Shown: positions 12,538-24,666, counted from the first letter of the stretch. The stretch is DNA of 64,000 nucleotides from Hydrolagus colliei (GCA_035084275.1 CM068762.1:6324001-6388000); one strand, 5' to 3'. Numbers and translations are program-made. Notes: generated by a model not told the origin, from the letters alone.

Positions 12538-12830
12538 GCTTTCGCCCACAAATATACAGTCGGCTTTCCTGCTCTCCTTCCCACTACCCCTACCCGTCCC
12601 CTTGCCATCTTTCCCCCCTTTTTCCCTTAATCCCACTTCCATGACTGTTTGTGGGACACTGCTGTGCGCAATTTGGCTGCCGCGTTTCGCCCACAAATAT
12701 ACAGTCAATTTTCCTACGCTTCTTCATCCTGCCCCGACCACTCCCTCCCTGCTCTTGTCCCTACCTAACTGTACAGCGCCTTGGACGTCCTCTCGACGTG
12801 AAAGCGCTATATAAATGTAAGTTTTGTTTG
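12538..12830 (+). mobile_element. Composite SINE with an internally duplicated core and an L2 tail
   Basis: ttcgcccacaaatatacagtc occurs twice, each followed by a pyrimidine-rich spacer. Ends in cagcgccttggacgtcctctcgacgtgaaagcgctatataaatgtaag. A second copy lies at 60895-61207. Confidence 0.8.
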
Positions 12831-12914
12831 TTTTTCTTGAATTCATACATGTATCTCATTCTTTACACAAACGGCCACATTATCTTGGAAATTTGAAGAC
12901 CTGTTAATATTCTC

Positions 12915-13200
12915 TTTATCTACACGCCTCTGCTTATCTAGCAGTAAATGGGAACCCATCTGTTAAGTCGATTGGTGGATCACTTTTCTAGGGGTAACAA
13001 TTGCTTCTGAAAACAAATAATAAGTTGGTCACTTTAATCCACAACTGTTTGTGGGACACTGCAGTGTGCAAACGGCTGCCGCATTTTGTCCACAAAAATA
13101 TACAGTCAATTCACTTTGCAGTATATTCTGTGAAGCTCTTTGAGATGTCTGAAAGACGTGATGAGGTGCTATATCAATTGCAATGATTATTATTATAATC
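12915..13200 (+). mobile_element. tRNA-SINE family, 5'-truncated long-subfamily copy
   Basis: cacgcctctgcttatctagcagtaaatgggaacc..., then the family body and a (TTA)n tail. Confidence 0.8.
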
Positions 13201-15057
13201 ATCATCATTGTTCTGTAATATCTGATGAGTATTTAGTTGAACTGAGGTATCTATATAACTCAACTTTTCATCCAGATGCCTTTAAGTAACAACAATAAAA
13301 TTACAACAACAAAATTGCATTTATAGAGCGTCTTTCATGTCGGGAGGACACCCCAAGGTGCTGAGGAACACATTTGTGTAGTTCCTTTCACGTAGGGAGG
13401 ATATCCCAAAGATCTTCATAAGATATACCATAAAATGCAGTGACCTTGTGTTTTGTGGACAAACAGCTTTGCAGATAGTTAACATTTACTGTCCCATCCC
13501 AAGGAAGCAATCATTTTCCTGGCACACTGTTAGTCGCAAAGGCTGCATTTCGCATTGATTTCACGTTAATGGACCACTTACGAGATGGTATTTGTCTGTG
13601 AATTCAAGCCTTTATCCATCTTCTTTGAAATAAATCTGTATAAATATCTTGTGACTAACATACAATAAAATAGTGACTACATTTTGAATCCAATCATTTT
13701 GGCAACAAATCTTCCTCGTTCTTCTTTCCTTTGCCCACCCTTCGTTCCTCCAATTCCCTCCACAAGTAATTTATTTCAGAAAAAAAGTGAGGCGGAACGA
13801 ACGCCCCACCAGAGATGACCGCATTGGACACGAGTTGAAGTCCCTGCCCTTTGAATCAATCAGGAAGTGGACCACGTGATAGAAAAAGTCCAACAAATTC
13901 CAACTAGATTATGTTATGGGATTTTGTAACATATGGTACTCACCATGGCCAAAATACAAATTGCGCTGAAGTGTTAATCCACGGTTAAACGTCAGGATCA
14001 GCCTTGGAGGTAGACAGTAATCTGGATGCGTCAGTTGGGAACCCTTCTTGGGCTTCAACTGTAACATGCATTGGAACTGGAAGTATTTAGGCACGGATTC
14101 AAGGAGATCGGATGGCAATGCTGCGGCCAGATGTTTCCTACTGTAACTCATTTTTTTGCAGAGTAAGGTGCGATGGAACCATTCATTATTATGAGATCCA
14201 CGCAGAGCCACGGCTGTTATAATAACGACAACAATCCCTGCATTTGATACAGCGCTTTTTCACGCGTAATACTTTTTCACATCTAATGCTAATACTCTTC
14301 AGAAACCAAGATAAGCAGAGTGTGTCCCTCCAGGGAGGGAGTGCGCATTTCAGTCCAGACGTGGGAACATTTCCGTGTGCAGGTGGCTCTACATATATGT
14401 GGAAGGAACTCTCAGTCTGATTCGGATACTTTTAAACATGGTCATGGGTTTCCAAGTGTGTCAAGAGAGCTTCCAGCTTGGAAAATAAAGATGGTTCAAG
14501 TCCCATCCGGAATTGACACGGTAACAGTGAACACTTTTCACAGGAGGAAAAGGAAGAAACTTAACCGATATTTGTCACAAACAATTGAATTCATACAATC
14601 TCAGATTTTGCAACACGCAGGAAGCCATAAAACCAGTCGTTCTTATTGGGGGCTACACTGGAATAAATATTAATGCTTTGAGCACTGAAAGGCATCTTTC
14701 TTGCTTTGCAGAACTACACATTTTGCCTCACAAATGATGTCGCAATCTCTTAAAAAACAAGTTAAATATTAGAAACAGCTGGATCTATGTTAAGGTTCTG
14801 AGCCAACATTAACTTTGTATGAATATAAAACCTCTGGCCTGAGGGTTACTCAAAAGTATAGTTTTTCTGTGAGGCTGATGTCCAGGTCACTTCAAAGTTG
14901 GAACTAAGCAGGAATCATCCAGCACAACTTGGAATCGAGACTCCAGGGGATCTCACAATGAACCCAAGGCTTAAATCGCGCACTGGAAAATCAAAATAGC
15001 TCCAGCATTTGCTTCATTAGAATTTCACACCATCATAGTTGCTCTTCACTTATCACC

Positions 15058-15650
15058 ACCAACAACAAAGAAGAAGAAGAACAACATGTATTTATACAGC
15101 GCCCCTCATGCAGGGTAGAGTCCCAGAACACTTGACAATGGTGTGCGTGACCCCTAGCCGGGTTGAGGGGAGAGTTGACCATAGGCACGGTCGAAGAGGA
15201 ATGTCTTCCAGGTGGGACTTGAAGATGGGGAAGGAATAGGGAAGGCAGAGGGATTGAGGGGGAAGAGTTCCAGAGCATTTCTGGGCAACGGCAGCAACAA
15301 CCTCCATCTATACCCTGACCTTCGCGCTAGATACTGCTGACCAGAGGGACAATCTGAAGGGTGCAGTAGCAGATGATAATAAGATGATCAGGAAGAGAAG
15401 GAAGTACTACCACTAGTAATAATCCTTGCATTTGATATAGCGCTTTTCACATCGTATTGACATCTCAAAGTGCTTCACAGAATATACTTGAGGCATGAAA
15501 GGGTTTAACAGATGAGGACCTTGGAGTCAGTCTGTTAGGTGCCAGGGATCTAATGGTACCTGGTGAGAACTGGGATGATAATTGTGTGCAGTTTGGTGCT
15601 GGTGATGAGTTTTGAATGAGCTTGAGCCTGTGGGTGATGGAAATAGGGAA
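15058..15650 (-). mobile_element. L2 LINE 3' fragment interrupted by a SINE tail (~15415-15490)
   Basis: L2 tail tatttatacagcgccc..., antisense ggtcgaagaggaatgtcttccaggtgggacttgaaga, resuming at gatgaggaccttggagtc...gccaggga. Confidence 0.7.
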
Positions 15651-16177
15651 CTACACTGATTGCTTTACTGATTATGCAAGCATTCCCTTGCGATGGTTTG
15701 GAAACCCTCTTGTTTGTACTGGAACTCTACAGAGGCACCAACTAATTATTAATCTATGACACTAATGTTAATTGATCTTTTTGAATAGCGGATTGCACAG
15801 AAATCGCATCAGAAATTAAACTCATTTTCACACCCTTTGCGCAATCATCGCAGCGAGGGCTTTGTTAATTGGCCGCGGCTTCTTCAGATCACAGAACTAA
15901 CCGCACTTATATAGTAACCCACAGCAATGAAACCTCATCCACCACCACAGTTGCATCCAACATTCATTTAGTCCCATTGAGAAGGCTGAAAACGTGCTGG
16001 GGACCAACGTTTTTAAGTCTCTCCTGACTTTTAACAGCGCAAACCATCAAACTCAATTCTTACTATTACTATTACCTCAAGCAAAGAATAGGATATGGTT
16101 AGAATTCCCAAAACATTCAACTGGCAATTCCCAAAATGTTCAGGACAAGGTCACAAGGAAACTCAGCTTCAACTTAC

Positions 16178-16564
16178 CCAGTGGTGATATCATCATCATT
16201 CATCGTCTTGCCAATCAAATCGCTGTCGCTCATGTAGCCGGACATATCACCACTGATGGACTTCAGGTCCACATCATCAGTGTCCAGGGAATCCAGGTCC
16301 AGGTGAGCAATGTTACATGATTTGCTGGCGCTCCGCATGGGCATGGTGTGCGAGTAGTGAGAGGTGTCCCCACGGACAAACCAGCCGGAATTTCCTCCGG
16401 ATTGGCAGCCGCTGCCCACGGAGGGTGCGTCCCCCGCCTGAAGCCGCGGGCTTGCTTGGCCGTACCTCCAGGACAGCGGTGACGATCGGTTGGACAAACT
16501 GGTGCCGCGCCCTCTGCCGTTCAGCTCAGCGGATATGTCGCTTTCGAAGTTGGATTCTAAAACA
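16178..16564 (-). CDS. NAV1: Neuron navigator 1, coding exon 3 (387 nt, phase 2 to phase 2)
   Basis: Encodes (S)VLESNFESDISAELNGRGRGTSLSNRSSPLSWRYGQASPRLQAGDAPSVG...HYSHTMPMRS...SGYMSDSDLIGKTMNDDDITT(G). Acceptor tttcctcccttctctccgcAG at 16566-16565 and donor GG|GTAAGT at 16177. Confidence 0.96.
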
Positions 16565-19139
16565 CTGCGGAGAGAAGGGAGGAAATTTGATTTGGTTTCA
16601 ACTTAAATAAGTTGTTACATGGAAAACCAAGAAAAAAAATCCCCCACACCGTAGAAAGTTTCTGGAGTATTCTGCAAACATGCTAACGTGCTTAAGATTA
16701 CGTTATATCATTGTGGCCGGGTCTGGACAACAACATCAACAACAAATCTCCACTGGGACTCAATGAAGACCAAAGGTCACCCACAACCACCAGAACATTA
16801 ACCAACATTCATATAGCGCCTTCATGCTGGAGAATGTCTCAGAGCACAGAAAATGTAAGTGACATAACGTTGGCAGGAAGAGCGGTTGACTCCAGGACTG
16901 CAGATTCATTCAAAAGCAGCTTGATGTTGCGTTCAGCGCCTTGGGACGTCCTCCTGACGTGAAAGGCTCTGTACAAGTGTAATATGTTGTTGGTTGGGCC
17001 GGGGGAAGCGGGCAGCAGGGCGGGTGTTCTTGAGGATCAGACAGGATGGGCTGAAAGAACCTTCTTCATCTTGTGACTGTAATGTTAACTGAAAACTGCT
17101 GGCCTTGCAACCCTGCTTCCAAGCGCATCGTTCTCCTACAGAGTACACAGTCATTGCACATTACAGTACGTCTTGTGAAGTGCTTTGAGATATCCTCGTG
17201 ACGTGAACGCCATGATATCAAATGTAAATATTAATGTTGCTGAACGGGGATATTTATTCTGCCGTGTACAAAGTCAACCGATGGCCCATTTGATGTTTTA
17301 GTTTCTCTGACAAGTGACTCCAAACCTATTTCAGACCGCGCAGCTTGTTGTTAATATCATGCAAGTAAATGTTAACGTCGAGTCTGTTATTTGCGGCTGA
17401 CACCAAGTTTGTGTAAAAATTATCACCACTCAATAAACAGGCCCTTCAGTGGAGCAAATAAAACCTCACACACAGATGGCTTGCAATCAGTCCCTGGGGT
17501 GATCGATCAACCAGCACAAACACTGTACTGTCGAGCTAGCAAACTGTGAAGGAATCAAGCAAATGGCTATGGCCAACTGCTCTCCAGCACACTGTTCAGG
17601 ACACCCATCTTGTCGCCTGTTCACTGAGCAAACTGGAAAAAACTGAGTCTGCAAATGTGATCTGCAGTTACATAACTTAACATACACAGTTACGTATATA
17701 TATTAGCTGTCACGCTTCCGTTTTCTAACTCTACAATGCAAACATTGCCTCTTTATCTGACATGATTACAACAACTTGCACTGATATGGACAGGGCTCTT
17801 CACTTGGGCGGTGAGTGGGGGGAGGGGGGGTTGCGTTTCGCTGAGTTGACACCTGCAAGCCTGCCAGTATTTCAAGGGCACAAGCGCACAACAATATTTG
17901 GGACACATGCTGGAGTTTGCAAATAGGAGGGCTTCGGAGAAGGCTCATCCTTTGGAAACAATGTTGGTTGGTTGGTAGGCTAGCTGCATCAATCAGAGTG
18001 ATCAACTCGGTATGCTAAATGCCTTGTAATTCCCTTCGTAGCAAACAGTCAGCCGTCAAGATAACGGTCAACAAAAGAATTATTCTGTTCCATCCTCAAG
18101 CGTAAAATGGGTGTTGAAGTGTGGGAATTAAATGTATGGATTAATTGTGCCCTAAACAGCAATTAGCACATGAAAGCAAGTTTGGCATGGTTGCACTTAA
18201 CTGCTGACTCATCAGGAAGAGGAAAAACCGGAGCCTCGGAGTTCAGAATGGAAACGGCTTCAAGTACAAAGAGCATGCGAACGCTGCACAATTCCCAAGT
18301 GCTGCAAAGGGAGTTATGTGCTTTGTGTATTGAAAGGTGCCCTTAATTTGCAAAGGAATCAGTTTGCCTATAAATACATAGTCGCTGCACATTATCCTAT
18401 TTTAGCACCTTGAGATGTCCTCCAGACGTGAGTGGGACGGCTACAATGAATGCAAGGATTATAAATCAATCCACTCTTAGCATGCTCGTCCGGGCCAGTT
18501 TGGGAGCGTATGGAAATTCCCCTAATGCCACATTGTAAAGAGGGTGTAATAGACTGAGTGATCGACTCAATGGTAAGAATACTCGCCTTGAAAGCAGGAG
18601 ACCTGTGTCAGATGTCAGTAATTCATCTTTTATTGACGCTCCACACAAATGAATAATCACTTCATAGCCTAAGCCGACTGAAATATGTGGGCGAGTGGGC
18701 GAAGGTTTCTTTGTGACCACTCTTTGAATTGACAAGCTGAAAGCTGAGTTGGCTGAAGGTTGTTGTGCTGAGGGCATCCAAACCAATAGCTCAGTTGAGA
18801 ACTGATGCCACTCTGCGCAGATATCGCTCACTTGGCAGAATTGACCATCTGCCAATGCTGGAATTTCAACCAACCACGTCAGGCAATGTTCTTACACAAA
18901 TCAGTAACGTATTCACAATGTGCGAGAAGCATTTCAAAAGCCAAGAAAGTTGGTAACCAGCCTTTATTATCATGCTTTTAGTTTTGAAGCACAAATAAAT
19001 ACTCTGGCAAATTCACCAATCAGCTTCATAACCCTGAACAAAGTCACCATACTTTGGTGCGTTTGGTTGCGAATTAAGATTGTAATCGATAATAATAATA
19101 ATAATAATATTTGAATTTGATATCAGACAAACAGACGTG

Positions 19140-19420
19140 AAGTGAATGATCATTTTTATCTTGGGGTTGGTTGTTGGCCAGGACCTTAGGCAACCTCCCT
19201 TCTCTTTTCAAATAGTGCTACAGAATCCTTAAATGTGAACCTGAACAGGCAGATAGGACCTTGGCCTTAATATCTCATCTGATGGATGGTGCTTCTGACA
19301 ACACAGAGGCTCTCCCAGCATTACACTGCGGTATCAGCCTAGTCTTTGAACTCAAAAGTCCCGATGTGGGGCTGGAACCCACAACCTTCTGACTCGCTGC
19401 TAACCAACCTAGCCTGGCTG
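19140..19420 (-). mobile_element. Old Deu-domain SINE
   Basis: Reverse complement contains ggttggttagcagcgagtcagaaggttgtgggttccagccccac...ctaggctgataccgcagtgtaatgctggga...tgtcagaagcaccatccatcagatgagatattaa...ttcaggttcacatttaaggattc. Confidence 0.75.
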
Positions 19421-19834
19421 GCACCACATAAATGAAAAGGGAAAACTCTATAAAAGTGATGAATCTTCCATGTATAAAATCAAAGATTTGCAGGAAAGTT
19501 TCTTTGGACAGTTATTTGGAAGACTAGGTCAATTGTGGAAATGCTCTGCAAAAAAATGATTTGGGTAATTCATAAACTTCTGCCTCAAGCAACTTGAAGT
19601 GCATGTTGTTAGCTCGCTTTTCTGCTCTCGCTTGACTCAAATAATAGTATCTCGGAGGCAAAATCTCCCACATATAACTAAGAAAGACTGTTTTTTTTTC
19701 CTAACAATGGAGTTACAGCAACAATAAATTACATTTTATAGCACATTTCACTTCGAGGGGAAGTCCCGAGGAAAAGGGTTGGACACTGCTCCCATTTTTG
19801 ACAAGGGAGAGAGAGCATCAGCAATCTCCGACTG

Positions 19835-21915
19835 GAATTCAGGTATGAAATATGATCTGTGGTCCAATTAAATGACCACAAGCACGATACACCGAATCAG
19901 ATGAGATACAACACCTGAAAAAGTCCCAGACCATGTTGACCTCAATTGAAGTCCTTTAATGATAAATCTGAATGACGATAAGGAAACGCAAGTTGTCACT
20001 ATGAGCCTTACATTACATGAGCCTTAAAACACAATTTGAGCAAAATAATAAAAACAGTTAACAATTGCATTTGATACAGTGCCTTATTGTGTTGTTGAGA
20101 CATCTCAAAGGGCTTCACAGGATATACTGTAAAGTGAATTGACTGCATAATTTGTCTATTTTAAAGAGGGAGAAGATCTACACCCTGATAATTGGCCTCA
20201 TTCAAGCTTGAGTCCCTGCCTCAACTAAATTAGCCCCTCATTAAATATTGTATGATATAATTTCCAAAGCGGAATTCCACATTACAGACTCCAAAGACAT
20301 TCATCTTGTTGGCAATTCGATCTCGAGAATCGCTGAACGTAAATGAATAAAATAAATGAACCCGGATCAGAAAGCAGAAGTATGGTCTGGAGATCTAATA
20401 AACGAGACTCGAAGACTCTTCAACATTGCACAGTGAAGACTAGCGCAACACTAATTACTTTCATAATCCTCTTAGGGTTTTCTGTGCAGTTCAAATGACC
20501 TTTTCCTCCTTTTTCTAACTGCAACGAAATCCACGCCAATCTGATCACGCCACTATGTCACAATATCAGTCATTTTCCCCCGTTACAAAAGGATTATTTT
20601 CACATCAAAACCACTGTCTAGCTGTCATTTCTGAAGACTGAATCACTCTACACTGGTGTGGTCATTTCTGCACTTTTAACCTTTTCGAAGGCCTGTAATT
20701 TGTATTCGAAGGCCTGTAATTTCAGCGCACTGGGGTATCTTTCTGACGTAAAGGGTGTTGCGTGCGTGTACTTTGTTGTTGTTGTTACGGTGGAGCTGTA
20801 TGTCACCAGTCAATCTTAGGTTTTGAAAAAAAACCTTTATAATGAACACAGTATTATCTTCCAGACTTACCGGATTTTTTTGGCTGCAAAGTTAAATAAA
20901 ACTAAAATATAGGAACGTCAATCATCGACAAATATGTTACATGACATATTGATAATAATAATCCCTGCATTTGATATAGTGCCTTATCACGTGTTCGAGG
21001 CATCTCAAAGCACTTCACAGAATATACTGTCAAGTGAACTGACTGTACTGCGTGGGACTAGTCTACCATTCTAATTATAACCATTGCCCCTGAAGTTAGA
21101 GAACAATGAATGACAAGGTTAACCATCTTGTGTTACCTCTAGAGTAAACATTGGTTGATACTGAGAGAAATATCAGTTGAAAATGAACATTGCGTTTCGT
21201 TCAGGTTGGTATCCTTCACTCGTCCGTATAAATTTTAATTCTGGGCATTAGCACAAATAATTCTCTTGCCTTGTCTGCTTTCATTTGCCTCTAGACTCAT
21301 CAGCAGCATCTCAGAGGTAATGTCTCTCACTGACAACCAAGACCGATTAGCCTTTATATTCCCAGCAAAAAAAACAGGACAAAGAACAGAGTTGAAAATG
21401 GTTCACACTTGTGACAGGGGAGGCCATCGGAGGAGGGAGTGTCATTGAAAATTAACAATAATAATCCTTGCATTTGATATAGTTCCCGATCATGTTTTCT
21501 AGACATCTCAAAGTGCTTTGCTGAATATACTGTAACGTGAATTGACTGTATGTTCCGTGGGCGAAAAGTGACAGCCATTTGCTCACAGCACGGATTATTA
21601 CCCCCGGGAAAGCGATCCGCCAATCGGTTAACAACCAGGTTCCTATTTACTGCTAAGTAAACAGTAAGCAGGAAAAATGTCCAACATTTTCTCCCTGCTG
21701 GTAATCAAATCCAATCCTCTTGCTTGCGAGGCGAGTGCTCCATCAGTAAGCTACAGGGCTAAATTAAGGCCTGAATTATGATTTTGGCCCAATTAAATTG
21801 ACCACAAGAAAAATATTGCGATTCAGATGAGGCACAAAACCTGAAATAGTCAAAGACTATATTTATCTCAATTGAAGTATTTCATTATAAATCTGCATAA
21901 TTATAAGCAACAGAT
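19835..21915 (+). repeat. Pair of diverged ~155-bp direct repeats (19835-19990 and 21761-21915)
   Basis: ccaattaaatgaccacaag...tcagatgagatacaacacctgaaaaagtc...ctcaattgaagt...ataaatctg versus ccaattaaattgaccacaag...tcagatgaggcacaaaacctgaaatagtc...ctcaattgaagt...ataaatctg. Confidence 0.8.
21456..21758 (-). mobile_element. tRNA-derived SINE, older long subfamily
   Basis: Tail, body, extra segment (ccaggttcctatttactgctaagtaaacag) and tRNA head. Confidence 0.8.
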
Positions 21916-22439
21916 TCTTTTTAAGAAAAGGAATCTAACTAATTAAATGATTAGTTTCATAAAAATCGCAATTTTATGAACCTTTACTGTATGGTTGAGT
22001 TTTGCTTAGGGTACAACTCATTAAAATTAAATCAGTAGTGAATAAAGATGTGATTTTGTTTTGTAGAGAACAATCAGCCAACCTAACAGTGTAGTTGGGT
22101 TATTAATTTACTAATCTCTAACTGACATAAAAGATCAAACAGCCATGATGAAACACAGCAAGATGTTAGATTGTTGTAGGATGCAATATGGCTCAGTGTG
22201 CTTTCTCTGCCAGCAAATGCCATATGATTTTTCTTTTACCAGCACAGGAAAAATGCATGAGGAGTGGCAGAACAGACGCAGAACGCAGACAGCTCGCTTC
22301 TGAAGGTTTCACGCCAATACCGGTCCCATAACTAGTGAACCAGGCAACAATTATCCTCGCGCAGACAAGATCAATAAAAGCCAGCAAAGAGGATCTCTAG
22401 CGACTCAATCAATTTGCAACAAAGTCACAAGATCACAAG

Positions 22440-22690
22440 ATTTGTTCGGATGAAGAAGACCCTTTGGACTCATTTCATCTCGTAGCCGCCTCACTGTCGT
22501 CCCATCACAGCACCAAGCAGCTTGTATTTTTTTTTTAAAAATGAGTTCAGCAATCTGACCTCAAACGCCCTGCCTAGCAACCTGTTCCGGTCAATAATTA
22601 CCCTCTGTGCAAAGAAACACTTTCTGGTGTCTGTCCCGAATTTACTCTTTGCAATTCTAAACCTCCAGCACTCTTGTCTGGGACATCTGC
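22440..22690 (-). mobile_element. Old CR1 LINE 3' fragment
   Basis: Translation KSKFGTDTRKCFFAQRVIIDRNRL resembles the CR1 ORF2 C-terminus (FFTQRVVxxWNxL). Confidence 0.7.
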
Positions 22691-23581
22691 ACACTGATTA
22701 ACGTACAACATCCTGCGAATAACCGCTAACAATCCAAAGATATTCTTTTCGCTGCCAACTGCCACAAGCAAATGAACGCTTGTGACGCCGATACATCTGT
22801 GCAGGGCTACGTCAAGACTCCTTTGCCGACTGGCGGGACACGGGCAATCAATGCGAGAAAGCTATTTTGAACTCCACCCTTTATGCAACGCTTTGTCCTG
22901 TGGATTGCATATTGTAAATTACAGAATCATACTAGATATATCATTTCGCATTGCTTCAGGTTATGAATGCAGTACACGCGGAGCCACATTGCTCGCCATA
23001 AATCCTTGTAGATTAAATTCCAATGGTTCCAATTGAATGTGGCATAAATGGAATCTTTCAGTGAAAATGCCATCATGCATCAACTAAGTGAAGGATTCTG
23101 GTCAAAGATGTTGGGTATATATATTATATATGTATATTGTATTAGATATATATATATATATATATCTATATATATAATATATATGTGTATATATAAAACA
23201 TCAAAATAAGATAGCATTCTGCCTAGAGGCAAGCCGGGTTTAGTTTTTAATGGCTAAAGTCAGTGTATTTCATTTGATGTTTATACAATTGTTCAACAGT
23301 GCAAGCAAAGTCATCTCACAACTTCACAAGGCTCATCTCACCCCTTTTATCTACCTGCTTGAGGTTTGGCTGGTCGTGCAGGTGTCAGGATGGCAAGATG
23401 AGGCAGCATAAGATATCCACACCATTTTGGAAGGTGCAATGCAACAATCCACGTGTCTTGCAGTAAAGTGAGCTCTTCAATTTTTAACTCGCTAAATTCT
23501 AATTCTCTCTGGTGAAAATCGAAGGCTAAGGCAATGAATAGCGCTTCCTTGCATTGTCTGAGAATGTTACAGCCTATCACC

Positions 23582-24037
23582 AAGGCACTTGTTACCAATA
23601 CAATACATGTGTGACCATCAATAGATAATCGCTAGCAGTCACATTCGTAGATGGATTAGTGAACGACTGCAAGTCACGCATTAATGTTGGCTTCACCCTT
23701 GTAGAGATGACATAATTCAAGATAAAACCACATACTCGTCCGATCAGTAAAGGTAATGAAACAAAGCAAAGTTCATACCTATGGGTTATCTGGGATCCCC
23801 TCAAACTTGACATGGTATCTTCCAGATTCTGTCGAAGATCAACTATATTCTGAACGGTTCTCTTTCGTTGCGTCTCTGGATCTTTTAAAATCAAAAGAGG
23901 AAAGGCACAATGTTACATACACGTGTGACTGGCAAAGGATAATTTCTAGCAGTCACATTCGATTAGAGAAACGACTGCAAGTCATATATCAATGTTGTCG
24001 TTTCATCCTCGTGGAGATTACATAATTCAAGATGAAA
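23582..24037 (+). repeat. Diverged direct repeats (23582-23727 and 23902-24037) flanking NAV1 exon 2
   Basis: Shared blocks aaggcac.tgttac, gtgtgac, ctagcagtcacattcg, cgactgcaagtca and acataattcaagat. Roughly 80-85% identity by eye. Confidence 0.9.
23779..23881 (-). CDS. NAV1: Neuron navigator 1, coding exon 2 (103 nt, phase 1 to phase 2)
   Basis: Encodes (D)PETQRKRTVQNIVDLRQNLEDTMSSLRGSQITH(S), the conserved navigator motif in its NAV1 form (QRKRTVQN). Acceptor tttcctcttttgattttaaaAG at 23883-23882 and donor AG|GTATGA at 23778. In frame with both neighbouring exons. Confidence 0.96.
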
Positions 24038-24666
24038 TTGCCCACAAACGTTCAGACAATTCACTTTACAGTATATTCTGTGGAGTGCTTTGAGATGTCT
24101 AGCAGACGTGAAAAGCTCTATGTCAAGCATTTTTTTTTATTAATGATATACAGATGAATTCATTACATCTGCTGAAGTTTCAATTTTCACACAATGGTCT
24201 GCAGGGCATCACATTTAACCAAATGTAAACCACGTTTATTTTTGCGGGGCAAATCTAGTTGATGTGTAGAAAAAGAGGTATTGCTGAGAAAAGGCAGACC
24301 TTTCAAAAACTGGTCAGAGCTGAATGACTGAATGGAGTTAAACAAGCCTTTTCTTCAATACTTGACCAAGATTTGCCACAGACTCGAATTAAAAAACAAA
24401 TAGACTGGCGTGTTAACAGTAGTGATTTCTACTCAAGTTCCTAAATTAAACTTGGGTTTGAACAAAAGCCTTGAATGCTCTTATTTTGGATTCATGCTAC
24501 TGTACTTACTGAAACACTTCCAATTTCAGAAACAGGTTGCAACAGACATACAGAAGAAACTCACAAACCTCAAATACTGTAGAACAACAACAAGAAAATT
24601 TCACTTGTATAGCGCCTTTCACGTCAGGAGGATGTCCCAAGGCGCTGGACAGTCACTTTCAGAACA

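Noticed and set aside
13944-14151. 69-codon minus ORF ending at a G|GTGAGT donor
   Set aside because: The donor is phase 1, whereas the next NAV1 exon needs phase 2, and the phase-2 frame has a stop. No recognisable homology.
20684-20722. 21-bp tandem duplication (ttcgaaggcctgtaattt x2) and short palindromes at 28267-28280 and ~41531-41542
   Set aside because: Consistent with ordinary slippage or chance in 64 kb.
23355-23573. 219-nt AG...GT segment downstream of exon 2 with an open frame
   Set aside because: Open only in phase 1; joined to exon 2 (phase 2) it stops immediately. The acceptor has a poor pyrimidine tract.
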